Positions 26,180 to 39,610 of a DNA stretch of 64,000 nucleotides are shown one piece after another; position 1 is the stretch's first letter; each line of letters starts with the position of its first letter. The notes beneath the pieces are model-generated. The model saw only the letters and a program-made list of their open reading frames with translations, had not been told where the DNA came from and did not search any database. A program made the translations under genes and the position numbers. The DNA is from Octopus bimaculoides (Eukaryota), in assembly GCF_001194135.2 (NCBI RefSeq), contig NC_068982.1, forward strand, positions 175,483,934-175,547,933, in the 5' to 3' direction.

Positions 26180-26640
26180 CAAGTGTGGAAAGTAAATTAA
26201 CAGTCATCAGATATGGCTGAACGAAAAAGTATAGGCTTCGGCTCTTTTTTTTTTTTTACTGGATTTTTGAAAATACAACATCAGAAAAATCAGGGATCAA
26301 AAGACAGTCAAAAACCACAAGAGTTCTTCTATGAGCATGTACAAGCACCAGCAGATTCTGAAGACTTCAGAATTAGGTCTAGAACAGTTGCACCCAGAAT
26401 TGAGACGCTGAAAACCTTTGAAATGAATCTCTTAGGCATCACACCCAAGCTATGATACTGTAAATCCTCTACACCTTTCAAAAGTAAACTTAGTGTAGAC
26501 ATACAAAAACTTAAAAATTCGAAATGAACTTTACTTTCTTCTTAGACACAAAACTAAGAATTTATACAGGATAGATAATGAAACATGCATATAACTACTA
26601 ATGAACAGTATTACACAGACCTGTCTCTCAGTTCTATGAT
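26180..26640 (+). mobile_element. Penelope-like RT N-terminal fragment, decayed
   Basis: EDFRIRSRTVAPRIETLKTFEMNLLGITPKL then FKSKLSVDIQKLKNSK...TKTKNLYRIDNETCI*LLMNSITQT, resembling FGFKS..PP..ELK.FE.DL / ADKTRNLY / LL.NIT.Y of PLE proteins. Confidence 0.7.
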
Positions 26641-27071
26641 AACAATTAACTACGAGGCCAAATTATTGGGTAAGGAATTGAGGATAGGGTAGAAGTTTTA
26701 GCAAGGAAAGATGCATTAACCCTTTCAGCCTGGCTGGTAATATTTGTACCAGTCAAAAATTTTACAACCCAAATCTTTAAAATTTCCATTTTATGTGATG
26801 CAGTATAGTACCGCTCCAGTTTTTCTGGGAAGTATGTAGCACCAGACATATGATCGGAGTGTATGACACTATAATGATTGCTGAAAAAGCTCATGTGTAC
26901 AAACTCCCCACATTTACTGACTGCTTTTAAATGATTATTATCATGCTTTGGTAAGTTATTTATAACATTTTCTTCACTCTAAACATATTGTACGTAGTTT
27001 ATAAGCATTGGATAGTAATATTCTTGCAACAATGTTGCAATACATATTTCTAAGAGTAAATAATTTTGAGT

Positions 27072-27163
27072 GGTACACACCTATACCATTGTGGTTTTGT
27101 ATAGGTACACACTTGTACCATTGTAGTTTGTTGTATAGCTAAGACTGTACCAGATGTGCTATA
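27072..27163. repeat. 32-34-bp tandem repeat, about 3 copies
   Basis: ggtacacacctataccattgtggttttgtata / ggtacacacttgtaccattgtagtttgttgtata / degenerate third unit. Confidence 0.75.
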
Positions 27164-27264
27164 AAACTGTTCTATAGAGAATCTTCTTTTTGTTGTGAAT
27201 CAAACGTAGATATACAATTTTTCAATCAACCTTTGTATTACTCCCTAATACTTGAAATTTTCAT

Positions 27265-27710
27265 TTTTTTTGCAAGGGTCTACCTCTACCACAGGTTTCC
27301 TCCACTGTCCTCATCCATACACAACACAGGACCATACAAGCACAGTCGTCTCTCTTGCACCACATCTGATGCTTCTTATGTCCAACTTTACACCTCTAGC
27401 AGAGCATACCAGCTTCATTTCTTTCAAGCCTATGCATCTTCTCAGCAGTCACAGCCCATATTTCACTGCCATGTAACATGGCTGTTCGCACACATGCACA
27501 GTACAGTCTACCTTTCACTCTGAGCAAGAGGCCCTTTGTCACCAGCAGAGGTAGGAAATCTCTGAACTTTGCCCAGGCTATTTTTATTCCAGCAGCTATG
27601 CTCTCAGGACATCCACCCCTATTACTGACTTGGTCACCTAGGTAACAGAAGCTATCAACTACGTTTAGTTTCCCCGCCTGGCATGTAATGAAATCTGTTT
27701 TCTGTATAAC
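27265..27710 (-). mobile_element. RTE LINE post-RT fragment
   Basis: Minus WAKFRDFLPLLVTKGLLLRVKGRLYCACVRTAMLHGSEIWAVTAEKMHRLERNEAGM. Confidence 0.85.
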
Positions 27711-28378
27711 TTCCGGTATTTATTGCCCCTGTGCATCTGTCACACACAAAAACTATCATATATATATTGGCAAATCAAAAATAAAACAGGAAAAACAGCA
27801 AAAGGATGTACACAGTGAATATATTACACTGAAGCTCTGAGAAAGTTTAAGATGGAAAAAAAAATTGTGGGATGTGACATTTTGAGCATGGATTGTCATC
27901 AGAAAGACGAAAAAGAATAGTCTAAGAAAAAACATGTCATTATATGACTGAAAAATAACTGACTTGAAGTGAAAGGAGACAGAGAAAGTAGTTTTTGAAG
28001 GCAGGAAAGTGCAAAAATGGCCAGAGTGTGTGTGTGTGTGGTGGTATCTGAGTGCATATGTGTTTGTAGGCTACAGTATGCAATGATGCCAGTTGCAGAA
28101 GAAATCCAAGTTTAAGCGCCATCTTATTGATCAAATTGGTAGATGGTCTTAATGTTGCAGTTTTGTTCTTTCTTTAAAAAAATTCTTAGTGTATTTTGTT
28201 GTTTTACCTTCTGCTAAAATCTTATTTCAACCTAAGAAAACTCTGTTAGTTATTTTTTTTTATTGTATTATTTATTTCCTTATCATTTTTGATGGGTGGA
28301 GATATATTTATTTTCCTTCGACTCCAAACCTCCTCTATTTCTTTCTCAACTGTTGTCTTTGTTTTAGTGGTCCTAATT

Positions 28379-28417
<39 letters not shown>

Positions 28418-29030
28418 CCAACGTTTTATTTTATTTTCCACTCTGTCAAAAAATGTAAATAAAAACAAAAACAATGTCCTCTAGAAAAATAAGCAAAATA
28501 ATTCTTCAAACCATATAACATATGAGTAAGAACAAAAAATAAATAAATAAATAAATAGGGAGGCAAAGATGCGGGGGGGGGGGGACAACAACAGAACCCA
28601 GAAGGCAACCACTTGAAACATCTAATCCCTAGGCAGCAACAGCAATGGAATTTTAGATATAACAACAAGCAGGCATTTTGGTGTGAGAGAATAGTGAAGA
28701 TAGTCAGGCAGGTGGTGAGACATGAAATGGCCAATCTAGATAGACAACTTTCTCTTTTTTATGCTCTTCATGCTTATGTTGCTCTGGAGGAAGAGGCAAG
28801 GTAGAGGACGAGAGTGATATGTTGATGCTTTTTCCATTTTCCTTCCTGATTTTCAAAGTTTTGTTTTTCATTTTATTATTTTTATTATTTATTTATTATT
28901 TTTTTATCTGGTTCTATTTTTCTATGAATAATATGAGAGGTCAGAGAGATACTGAAATGTTTTACAGACATACTTCTCTAGTTTTTTTAGCTTTTAACAG
29001 TGCAATGCAAAGGACTTCTGCTTGCCACAT

Positions 29031-29072
<42 letters not shown>

Positions 29073-29484
29073 ATTAAGATTTTATTTCCCAGTAATCTGT
29101 TCCATGAAAATATCCCTTCACCTGGCTCATTACCAAATAGTACTACTACTAATAATAATAATGCTGACCGCAATGACAAATTCATTTATAGGAAAAAGAT
29201 GCTCTTGCAATAATAATTTAAAATATCAGAATGAGAACAAAAACAATAATCTACTAATTCCCTCATTTAGAAGATGTGTCAAATTTGTATATGTAGTTGT
29301 TATTTGTGGTGATGGTGGTCTTGGAAGGAATTTTAATTAGTGACAAATGGGAAACTGTAGAGAAATGCTTTTGGAAGAAGGAACAAGTCATAATAATGTA
29401 TAATTGCTTCCAAGATGGCAAGCTAGCAGAGTTGTTAATGCACTGGACAAAATGCATGCTGAGTGGCATTTCATCTGTCTTTAT

Positions 29485-29630
29485 GTTCTGAATTCAAATT
29501 TGTCTGGGGCGAAATTTGCCTTTCATCCTTTCAGGGTTGATAAAATAAGTACCAGTTGAGCACTGGGGTTGATGTAATCAAATTACCTGCTCCCCACGAA
29601 CTTGCTGGCCTTGTGCCAAAATTTTTAAAG
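29485..29630 (+). mobile_element. SINE fragment of a further family; relics at 33630-33860
   Basis: gttctgaattcaaatt...tttgcctttcatcctttcagggttgataaaataagtaccag recurs degenerately at 33700 and 33800. Confidence 0.65.
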
Positions 29631-30001
29631 CAATAAATGATTGTTTCTAATTAAGGTACAAACCAAACAATTTCAATGGACAGAAGTCAATTGATACCAC
29701 AGAACCCAGTACATATTGATACATTATCAGTTTATATGCTAAACACTGCACATGCAGACTGTACAAGATTTGAAATATGCTACATGTTACCAATAGAATA
29801 AGATGTTAGAATGATGATTATACAGGCACAGATATGGCTATGTCAATAATGTGTTTGTTTTGCAAACAGTCCTACTGTGCAGCATATGGGGCAAGAGATT
29901 TTTACTATAGCACCAGTCTGACCAATGGTTTGTGAGTAATTATGGTAGAGAGAAACTGTGTGGAAGGTTGGTGTGTGTGTGTGTATATATATTTATACAC
30001 G

Positions 30002-30055
<54 letters not shown>

Positions 30056-30056
<1 letters not shown>

Positions 30057-30396
30057 TGTATACACTCAGGTGATAGTCAATCTCATGTAAAAGTCACCCC
30101 CCCCTATTTTTGGCCAAGAACTTGGGAATTTTCCAAACACCCCATATAAAAGTTGATGAACAACAGGACAACATTTGTTGGTCAAGGTACCATATTATTC
30201 TGTATGTAGAAATAACACTGTTGATGCACAGAATTGGTAATATTAATGTAATTCATTGTGTTTTTGTTTTTATTCACTTTGGATTCTAGCTTGAATTTCA
30301 GCCCCTCAAATGTAGTACCCATGTAATAGTCAACCCCATAAATTTGACCTTAAAAAAATGGTCTAAATAATTTGACTTTTACACAAGCATATTCAG
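30056..30396. mobile_element. pogo/Tc2-like non-autonomous DNA transposon
   Basis: TA-flanked ~25-bp imperfect TIRs: ctgtatacactcaggtgatagtcaa versus reverse complement of ttgacttttacacaagcatattcag. Confidence 0.6.
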
Positions 30397-30586
30397 TATA
30401 TATACTCCTCATAATCATGTTATATCTGTCTCCCATACTGGCTTAAGTTGTCCTGCATATCCAAAGTACACACACACACAAACATATACACACAATACAC
30501 ACATTGTAATTACATTTTGCCACAGTAGGACCAATAACCAGTTGTTGGAACTTCATATAGCTATAATGTCAATCAGTGATTTATTC

Positions 30587-30646
<60 letters not shown>

Positions 30647-32064
30647 TCTAGGAAGTTTGGGTCATGATCATCATAAGATCTTGAGTTTGATTTCTGGATC
30701 AAGCAGAGCAAGACATTTCATTATGTATTGCTCCAGTTTGCTTAGTTAGAAAATGAGTACCATCCCAGTGCTGGCCCAGCCCTCTCTTCCTCCAGCAACA
30801 TGTCTTTGATGATCTGCTGAACTAAAGGTGGGAGTGGGAGGGTTGAGAGGACGCCTATGTTTGCTTGTGATGACATATGCATCTAAAAGAAGTAGTGAAT
30901 GCATGGTTACATGTTCCCAAGTCATACTCACTTGCGAGTGACAGATGTATATACATATGGATGTTTGTATTTATGCAATGCAAAAAATGTATCTTGCCTA
31001 GGAGAGACCCTTGTTTGTGTGTAAATATATAATGTATGCACACACATGACACAATTTTATAGAGAATCTTCCAGTTTACTTGCTTAATACAAGAGTATAT
31101 GCCTCTGCACTGTCACACCATTGCATTCTGGGAAGGAAAATTTATCTTTCAATGACTCATTCCACTTAGCATTAGACAGATGAAGCAAAAAGTGGTTGAT
31201 TCATATCCTATCACTGCCATCTGCTTGTCTTTGGTAAAGTAAGTTTGACGCTTAATGGCTCAGTCCATGAAGCTTTCATTAGGAATTCATGAGACTAGAT
31301 CTTGCCTATGTGGCTTATTATCCCATCCCTGTTATATCCTAGGGCTTGTGATAGGACATAAATTATGGATCCTTCAGCTAACAGCTCAAGACCATGTTGA
31401 TTCAGTAAGTTTTAGCACTTATCTTCTATGTAACACTAGACTAAATTGTGGCTACTTGAAAGCAATGTTATCTGCGTTTATACAAACATTACATTTAAAA
31501 ACCACTTTCTTCATCATATTGCTATTAGTATTCTATTAGTGTTCAATTGTATATCAGAGCAAGTCACATGATTACCTCAATATGCCAAGTGCTGTAATAC
31601 TGGTTCCACTCTTGTATGTGTTAAGCGATCCAGGTGTGTAAGAGTCTATGTAACTGCCTCATATATATATATAATCATCAGAGAGAAAAAGGAGAAAAAG
31701 AGAGAGAGAGAGAAAAAAAGAGTGAGAGAGAGAGAGAGAAAAAAAAGAGTGAGAGAGAGAGATGTGTGCATGTTAGCATACATACGTCTATCTAGCTGTC
31801 TGTTTGCCTTATCTACATCTAGCCATCTACAACTATTGATCTGCTTGTCTACATGCATGATTCTCTATGCAACTATCTATCTCCTTTTCCTATACTTCAT
31901 TGCAAACACACACTATATATATATATATATATATATNNNNNNNNNNNNNNNNNNNNNNNNNNNNNNNNNNNNNNNNNNNNNNNNNNNNNNNNNNNNNNNN
32001 NNNNNNNNNNNNNNNNNNNNNNNNNNNNNNNNNNNNNNATATATATTACATATATATATTGCAC

Positions 32065-32392
32065 TAGTGAAGGTGCGTGGCTTAGTGGTTAGGGCATTCC
32101 GCTCACGATCATAAGGTCGTGAGTTCAATTCCCGGCGACGCAGTGTCCATGAGCAAGACACTTCATTTCACATTGCTCCAGTTCCCTCAGCTGACAAAAA
32201 TGAGTAGTACCTGTATTTCAAAGGGCCGGCCTCATCACATCCTGTATCACACTGAATCTCCCTGAGAGAACTACATTAAGGGTACGTGTGTGTGGAGTGC
32301 TCAGCCACTTGCACATTAATTTCACGAGCAAGCTGTTCTGTTGATTGGATCAACTGGAGCCCTCGTTGTCATAACCGACTGAGTACCAGTTC
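32065..32392 (+). mobile_element. tRNA-derived SINE, full length, 11-bp TSD
   Basis: A/B-box head, CORE-like atgagcaagacacttcatttcac, 3' half shared with 56576; TSD atatattgcac at 32054-32064 and 32393-32403. Confidence 0.9.
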
Positions 32393-35010
32393 ATATATTG
32401 CACAAAGCAGTTTGAACAAAATATTTTCATGTAAAGTCATATTTAACACATTTAAGTGTATTTGTGTGTGATAAGATCTTCCTTTGTGGAAATTGTCCAG
32501 GGAAAAACTTATCTCCTTAGACAATATATGTAAAAGCAAATTTTGGGCTGTGAATGTCACTGGATCATAAGATGCAAAAGTTTTTGTGTCTTTTTGCTTC
32601 ATCAGCCATGAGAACTAAATCTGTCCCTCATAGTGAGATAAGAACAAAATTGTTTTTTATTAAAACAGCATACAGTATGTTTGCTGATGGGTGTGAAGCT
32701 TGGTCAAGCTAGAATAAAATTAATAATGTTGCATGAAGGAAGAACATAGAGAAAAGAAAAACAAAAAGAGTGGCATATGTTATAGTAAAAGCTCACGAGG
32801 ATACGTTTTGTAGAAAAATATAGTTAAGAGTTCTCTAAAAGGGTTTTATGTACCTTTTAGAATATGATTAGCTGGCAACAATTATGTAAAGCTTGTATAT
32901 GTAGGTCTTGCACACACACACACATGCGCGCAAAAACAGACATATGGGCTTCAAAATAAGTGTACGCATCTTACTCTCATTATCTGGACTGTTTGTCTTG
33001 TTGCATTTGAATGTGTATTTATGTATGTATTATGTAAAAATGATGATGATATATGAAAAAATTATCTGCTGCTAATATTTTACATGCACATGATATATAA
33101 GTTACAACCACATGTATATTACATTATATTTACACACACACACACTCACACATAATGTACTATATGTGTTCTGCCTGTACAAATATACACAATTACACAC
33201 AGACACACAACACACTCACAATTGAATAAACAAGTGCATCTATTTTTAATACATACGCATTTTGTTCACTCAAAACACGCATACACACACATAAGTCATA
33301 CCCTAAGAGATAGTCGTAACCATAAGTTAGTGAGATTCTACCCCATCCAGTTTGTAAATGTTACATCCATTAACAGATCTAAAGGTGTCCATTAGCTACA
33401 GACATACATCAATTTTCACATGAATCTTAATCTGCAAATACAGCTGTTAATCCCTCATCCAGCATAGAAGATAAAATAGATCTAAACAACCAAATACAGT
33501 TTGTGAGGTGAGGTTACATCAGCAGAAATCTTAACAACAACAATACGATACAAGCAATACATGAAAATATATATATTAATACTTCTTGATTTTTCTTTTT
33601 TCCTCTCTTTATTCTTTTTGTTATTAAGGTGAATTAGCAGAAGTGGTAGAACAATGGATAAAATGCCTGGTGATATTTAGCATTCTTCCTTTATGATTTG
33701 AGTTCATGTTTCAACAGCTCCTGATTTTACTTTTTACCTTTCTGTGATCGACAAAATAATTACCTTTTCCTCTAAATATGTGGTGCTGTGTTTTTGTCAA
33801 CTTTGCCTTTCATCCTTCTAGTGTCAATAAACTAAGCACTAGTAAATATAGAAATCCACTATTGCTTGTCAAAATCTATACTCATGCATCTAAGTTAGAA
33901 GTCATTATCACTTTAATTACTAGCAGAAAAACTGACCCTTGGATATATATATATATTATTCTAATAAAAGAATGTTGTTGACATTGACTGACTCAAAGTT
34001 TTGGCCAGAGAAGCCACTGATGATGGCTTAGTTGGCTAAAACTTCGAATTCATTATCAACAACATTCTTGTATAAGAATATAAGAACAATAAATTTGTAC
34101 TCTACTAAAGTATAAAGTAATCCATCAGATTAATATAAAATTGTTTGCACAACAACACAATGTAACTTAATTTACTCATTTATTTCCCGAGTAATCAGCA
34201 TTTTTACAGAAACAGACAGAAAACTAAAATATAGCTACACTCTGTCAAATACTGTCTGGTGTAAATTAATCACATCCTCCTCTCCGATATATTGGGCATA
34301 TAGGCATAATTTTTGTTTGTTCTAATAAAAATAAGATGACAAAACAAAGTCAACAGTAGCAATTAATAGTAATTACTTTTAAAGTTTTCCTGTTATGATG
34401 GCGAGACTGGTTGTAGTTTTGGAGTTAAGTTAGGAAGGGTGAAAAAGGTTAGAGTGAGGGTCATTTGGTTCCAGGTTAGGTTCTTGGAATTTCTGCTACA
34501 TTTGTAACAACAATAAACATGGTAATTTGATTTTATGACAGTCTTCGAATTTTTAAATGATATTTATGATTTGTATCTAGTGATTTTAAGTTTATAGTTT
34601 TTGTTTTTATAGCACTGATATTTAATAAACTCAACTGAAGATCACAAAAACTGCACTAAGTGGAGTTTACTCACTCATAACATGTGTATTTATGTGTGTG
34701 TATCATCATCATCATCATCCAATGTTTTAAATCCAGGTTTTGTCCCCATTAACAGGGGTGGCCAAATCTACCTCAATGCCATAGCAAACACCCTCACACC
34801 ATCTCGCCCGATTTTGGGCATCCTCCTTTTTCAAACCAACCCTCCCAATCTCCTCCTCCTTCACCTGTCCCCTCCACCTTTTCCTCAGTCTACCTCACTT
34901 TCACGCTCCATTTACCTCAAATGCAATCACCTTCCTCAGAACATGCTCTTCATCCCTCCTCAACACATGCCATACCATCTCACTCCATTTGCCATATGTA
35001 TATATAAAAA

Positions 35011-35338
35011 GTAAAAGTGCCCTTTGGTCATGAATGACCATGGGATTGCACTTAGAAAGTTACCCTCCAAGGCACAAATTGTTTATGGAAGACCAGCGGT
35101 TGCCCATGCATACCAGCCTCCTCTCTCCACACCACTGATGTTATCCAAGGGAAAGGCAAAGGCTGATACAGCTTGGTACCAGTGACATCACAACTCATTT
35201 CTACAGCTGAGTGAACTGGAGCAACTTGAAATAAAGTGTCTTGCTCAAGAACACAACAAACAACCCAGTCTGGGAATTGAACTCACTACCTCATGATTGT
35301 GAGTCCAGCAATCTAACCACTGAGTCATATGCCTTCAC
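35011..35338 (-). mobile_element. tRNA-derived SINE, near full length
   Basis: Head at right end; collinear with 47311-47640. Confidence 0.85.
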
Positions 35339-35438
35339 TGTGTATATATATGTATATATTTGTATGTAAATTTTCATACATATAAATATATCTATATATA
35401 TCTATATATGCACATGCATGTATATATATATATATATA

Positions 35439-35530
35439 TGGGAGAATATACAAAAAATAACAACAGACGAGGACAGGTGGTGTAAATAACAAAAGTATAT
35501 ATTAGTATGACGCTCGAGAATACGGAAAGT
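35439..35530 (-). mobile_element. Short PLE-type element, 5'-truncated
   Basis: Collinear with 53490-53586 (tgggagaat...caacagacgaggacaggtggtgtaaa...gaaagt), inserted in (TA)n. Confidence 0.85.
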
Positions 35531-35594
35531 ATATTTATATATGCATGCACATGTATATATATACATATATATATGTGCACATGTAAATATATAT

Positions 35595-35920
35595 TTCTTT
35601 TACTTGTTTCAGTCATTTGACTGTGGCCATGCTAGAGCACCGCCTTTAGTTGAGCAAATCGACCCCAGGAATTATTCTTTGTAAGCCTAGTACTTATTCT
35701 ATCAGTCTCTTTTACCGAACTGCTAAGTTATGGGGACATAAACACACCAGCATCGGTTGTCAAGCGATGGTGAATGGGCGACAAACACAGACACACAAAC
35801 ACACACACACACACATCTATATATACGACGGGCTTCTTTCAGTTTCCGTCTACCAAATTCACTCACAAGGCTTTGGTTGGCCCAAGGCTATAGTAGCAGA
35901 CACTTGCCCAAAGTGCCACT
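35595..35920 (-). mobile_element. tRNA-derived SINE body and tail with internal (CA)n
   Basis: Tail tgactgaaacaagtaaaag and ggcaagtgtctgctactatagcc on minus. Confidence 0.85.
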
Positions 35921-37812
35921 ACACATTGATGGTTTTCTTGTTACCAACCTTTACTAGCTTCTAACTGTTTTGCAAGTAAGGGATTTTGTATGCTAAAGGT
36001 CTTCAAGAGTGCAGGACAAGTGAACACAATATCAAGAACATTCCTGCACATTTGTATGCATGTGCAAGCATGCACACATATGCGCACACACACACACACA
36101 CACACACACACTTATACCCAAGGTCACATCCAACGCAGTCATCTTGGATACTACACTCAAACGAAAAATGAAAAGAAATGTGATCATGTTCACTAGAATG
36201 CATAGGTCTACTCAATTATACTGCCCCAGTATTAAACAATGCCAAATTGTTTTATAATTCATTCAAAACAAATAATCAATTAAATAAATCTCATGAACAA
36301 ATCAAAAGTTTAGAAATGATCTGAACATTAATACAGTTATGTATACAATAAATAGATATGGCTACGATGGTGTATACCTCTTATATACATACATATATAT
36401 GTAAGTAAATGCATGTAGATATGTAAAAGAAATGCGTTAAGAACATGAAGTTCAAAACAAAGTAAAAAGCTTAATTGAGCTCTGCTACTTGTAATTGGAA
36501 ATGGAATGTTCTGAAATATACACCAATAGTAACTGTTACATAATTTTCATTTTAAATTAAAAGTTAATCTGTAGCAAATGTGAGAATAAATTAATTTCCT
36601 GCTTAGTTTTCTGTCACTAACTTATAATTTTAAGTAATGCTCAGAGTACAAAATTCAAGAAAAGAGAGCATTATGGCAAAAACAAAGAATGTAAATGAAT
36701 CTTTTGGGAGAGAATGTTGCGTGTACAGAAATTCTGTGGAGGTATATGTTAGGACATTGTATAATAAAATTTTCTTATTTTTTATCTTTTGTAGTAATAA
36801 AATGCTGATATAAAACATATACATAATAAGCATGCTAAAAATGTCTTAGGTTATATTAATCATAGAAGTACAGTGTACCGTTAATGTAACTTAAGTCATT
36901 TGAATATTCAATTAAAGCATGAAATGAGAATTTCCGTTCCTGTTTAATTTTCTTCATTTGTAAGATGAGTATTAAGTAATACAGATATTTCTACAGATAT
37001 TTTCTGTTTTTGATTGGTTTTGAAATAGTTACATACATTTTAAACAGGATGTGAAGTTATAATGAGAAATGTTTTCAGGATGGCTTTATACAAACCTGAA
37101 ACATTTCATTTACAGATTGCTATACTTGCAGACACCCTTGGACAAGAATGATACCAAATTATTTTAAATATGAAATTAAGAAAAAAATATGAAAAAAAAA
37201 AAAAGAAAAAAACATCTAATTACATATTATGTGGCAAAACATTCCACATATCATTTGTATGTGAATAAATAAATTCTTGGCTTTCAGTCAATCCTTGTGC
37301 TTTCATGCTTTGATTAATTAGAAAAACATATGACTATGTCTGGTTATATATGTATATATATTGGTGTAATTCTGCATTAAATTTGATTTTGTTAATAGAA
37401 ACCAGCATGGCATCTCTGAGTACAACCATCATATACATGTAAAACAGGTTTTGAATAGTAAAGTGAACCTGGTATAAATTACAGTTTTACATATCTTTTT
37501 TAAAATTTCAATTGTCTCCCTTGCAAGTTTATAACTGTTTTGTGTTTATTTTACCAAAAGTGATCAGAATATTCTTAGCAATGATGGTCTTGACAGTTTC
37601 ACACAATGACAATTCCATTCAAAACAATTCTATATGTGTGTGTGTGTGTGTATTTGGCAAGTCTAAGATGGCATTGTTGTCTTTGTAAGTTACCAAACTG
37701 AACAACAAAAGTAAATTCATTAGAAAAAGTAATTTTAAGATGACAAAAACATCATTATTTGCCCTGTATACAGTGAGATCTGGAATGATTATTTGCATCT
37801 CTTATCATTTAT

Positions 37813-38088
37813 CTTTCACTTGTTTCGGATTGTGGCTATACTGGGGCACTGCCTTGAAGAATTTTTAGCCAAATGAATTGACCCTTGTACTTTTTTTTTA
37901 AGCCTGGTACTTATTCAATTGTTCAGGTGTGTTTATGTCCCTGTAACTTCGTGGTGTGGCAAAAGTGACCAATAGAATAAGCACTAAGCTTTAAAAAAAT
38001 AAGTCCTGGGGATGATTAGTTTGACTAAAACTCTTCAAGGTGGTGCCCCAGTATGGCCACAGTCAAACAACTGAAACAAGTAAAAGAG
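37813..38088. mobile_element. Two SINE 3' tails in inverted orientation
   Basis: 37813-37916 (minus) and ~37925-38088 (plus) both contain gaataag...cttcaagg..gtgccccagtat.gccaca..gaaacaagt.aaag. Confidence 0.8.
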
Positions 38089-39430
38089 TAAATCTAGGCA
38101 GATTTGGATGCAAATATTTTGGTTGCTGTAACATATGTCACAGAATAAATTCTTCCATTTGTGATGACAGTGTGTTGAACACACTTGGTTCATTGATGCA
38201 TGGCATTATGGGATACTGTTGTTTCAAAATGTTGTGACTAGTCAGCCAGAGGCAACTGGAATTCTGGGCTTAAAACAAAGTTGCAGGATTTGTTTATACT
38301 TTCTGTACACAAATTGCTTGCTGTCGATGCTTATTTCTGCCAACCAATAAAAACTGTTATGTGCACTATGTTAAGAATATGGAAATAATCATTCCAAATC
38401 TTGATGCACTCAGTGCAAATTTTATTTATTTTTTTTCTGTTGGTTGGCAGATATAGGCATCAATTAGCAAACGATTTGTTCACTGAATGTATAAACAAAG
38501 TCACTGGCTTTGATTAGGTACAAGAGTTCTGGCTGCTTCTGGCTGACAAAACACATGTTGAAACACCAGTGTCCCAGAATGCTGTGCAGTAATTAGCTGT
38601 CATCCTAAAAGGGAGTAGTTATTCTCCTATACAGTGACCAGTGTATTTTGCATCTCAACCTGCCTAGACATGTTAAAACTAAATATGTTAATAATCATTA
38701 ATTTTAAAATAATCTAACTAAAAAACTAAATTTAAACTGCTTTGAATTCCATATACAAAATCATATATATTAAACCTGCATAACAGCAGTGCCCTAGCAT
38801 GGCCGCAGCTCTTAAGCTGAAACTATTAAAGCAAAATAAAAAAAAAACATATTTTAAAGCAAGGCAGCTTTCGTATCTATGTAAATTGTTTTAACCCATA
38901 CTTTGTATTTGTTGATCCTTACACTCAATTACTCAATTGTTTTTGTGTGAAATTGTTGGAAAAACTCTTTAAAAGATAGTAAAGAAATGCACAAAAAATG
39001 TAACTTTAAGATTTATTATAATATAGAATCTTGTCATATAAAACTATGAGTGGTTTTGCAACAAGTTGTGTTTATTTGATTAGATCATTGATTAGAATAA
39101 ATGTAATCACATTTTTATGTAAACAACGTTTCATTACAATTATCTACATACATTTTAAAATACCAGCACACAACAGGTTTATTTAGGCTAGCTATGGTTT
39201 ATTTAAATTTGCCATTGAACCAGACATACCTATGTACCATAGAACCCAGTCTGAGAAAAAGACAGTAGAATGTTACTAGCAATAATTATCTTAAAAATAC
39301 TTTTTTATTTGAACTATATTATTATACTGGGGACTGATGTCCCCAGCACAAGATCAATTGTACTGTATTTTAAACAGTTATACATACACACACATGTGTG
39401 TGTGTGTGTGTGCGTGTGTGTGTGTGTGTG

Positions 39431-39610
39431 TAGTTGAAATTTACAGAAAAACAAAAGACAAAAACAGGTGTATTAGTTTAATGCTCGAGAAGGTGAGAAA
39501 GTCTTTTACATTTCAAGCCTATGCTCTTCCATAGAAAGGAACACAAAGAAATATACAGAGAGAGAATAAAAAAAACTTTAGGACCTATTGGTCAATCATG
39601 GCAGTCAATC
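39431..39610 (-). mobile_element. Short PLE-type element, older, with decayed hammerhead-like motif
   Basis: tattagtttaatgctcgagaa...gaaagtcttttacatttcaagcctatgctcttccatagaaagg is homologous to 53560-53622. Confidence 0.7.

Noticed and set aside
34017-34046. CTGATGA-t-ggc...gct-AAAAC-TTC hammerhead-like relic
   Set aside because: G12 missing, no stem I, and no family context.
34420-34480. GTTAGG-like telomeric motifs
   Set aside because: Scattered and degenerate, not a tandem array.
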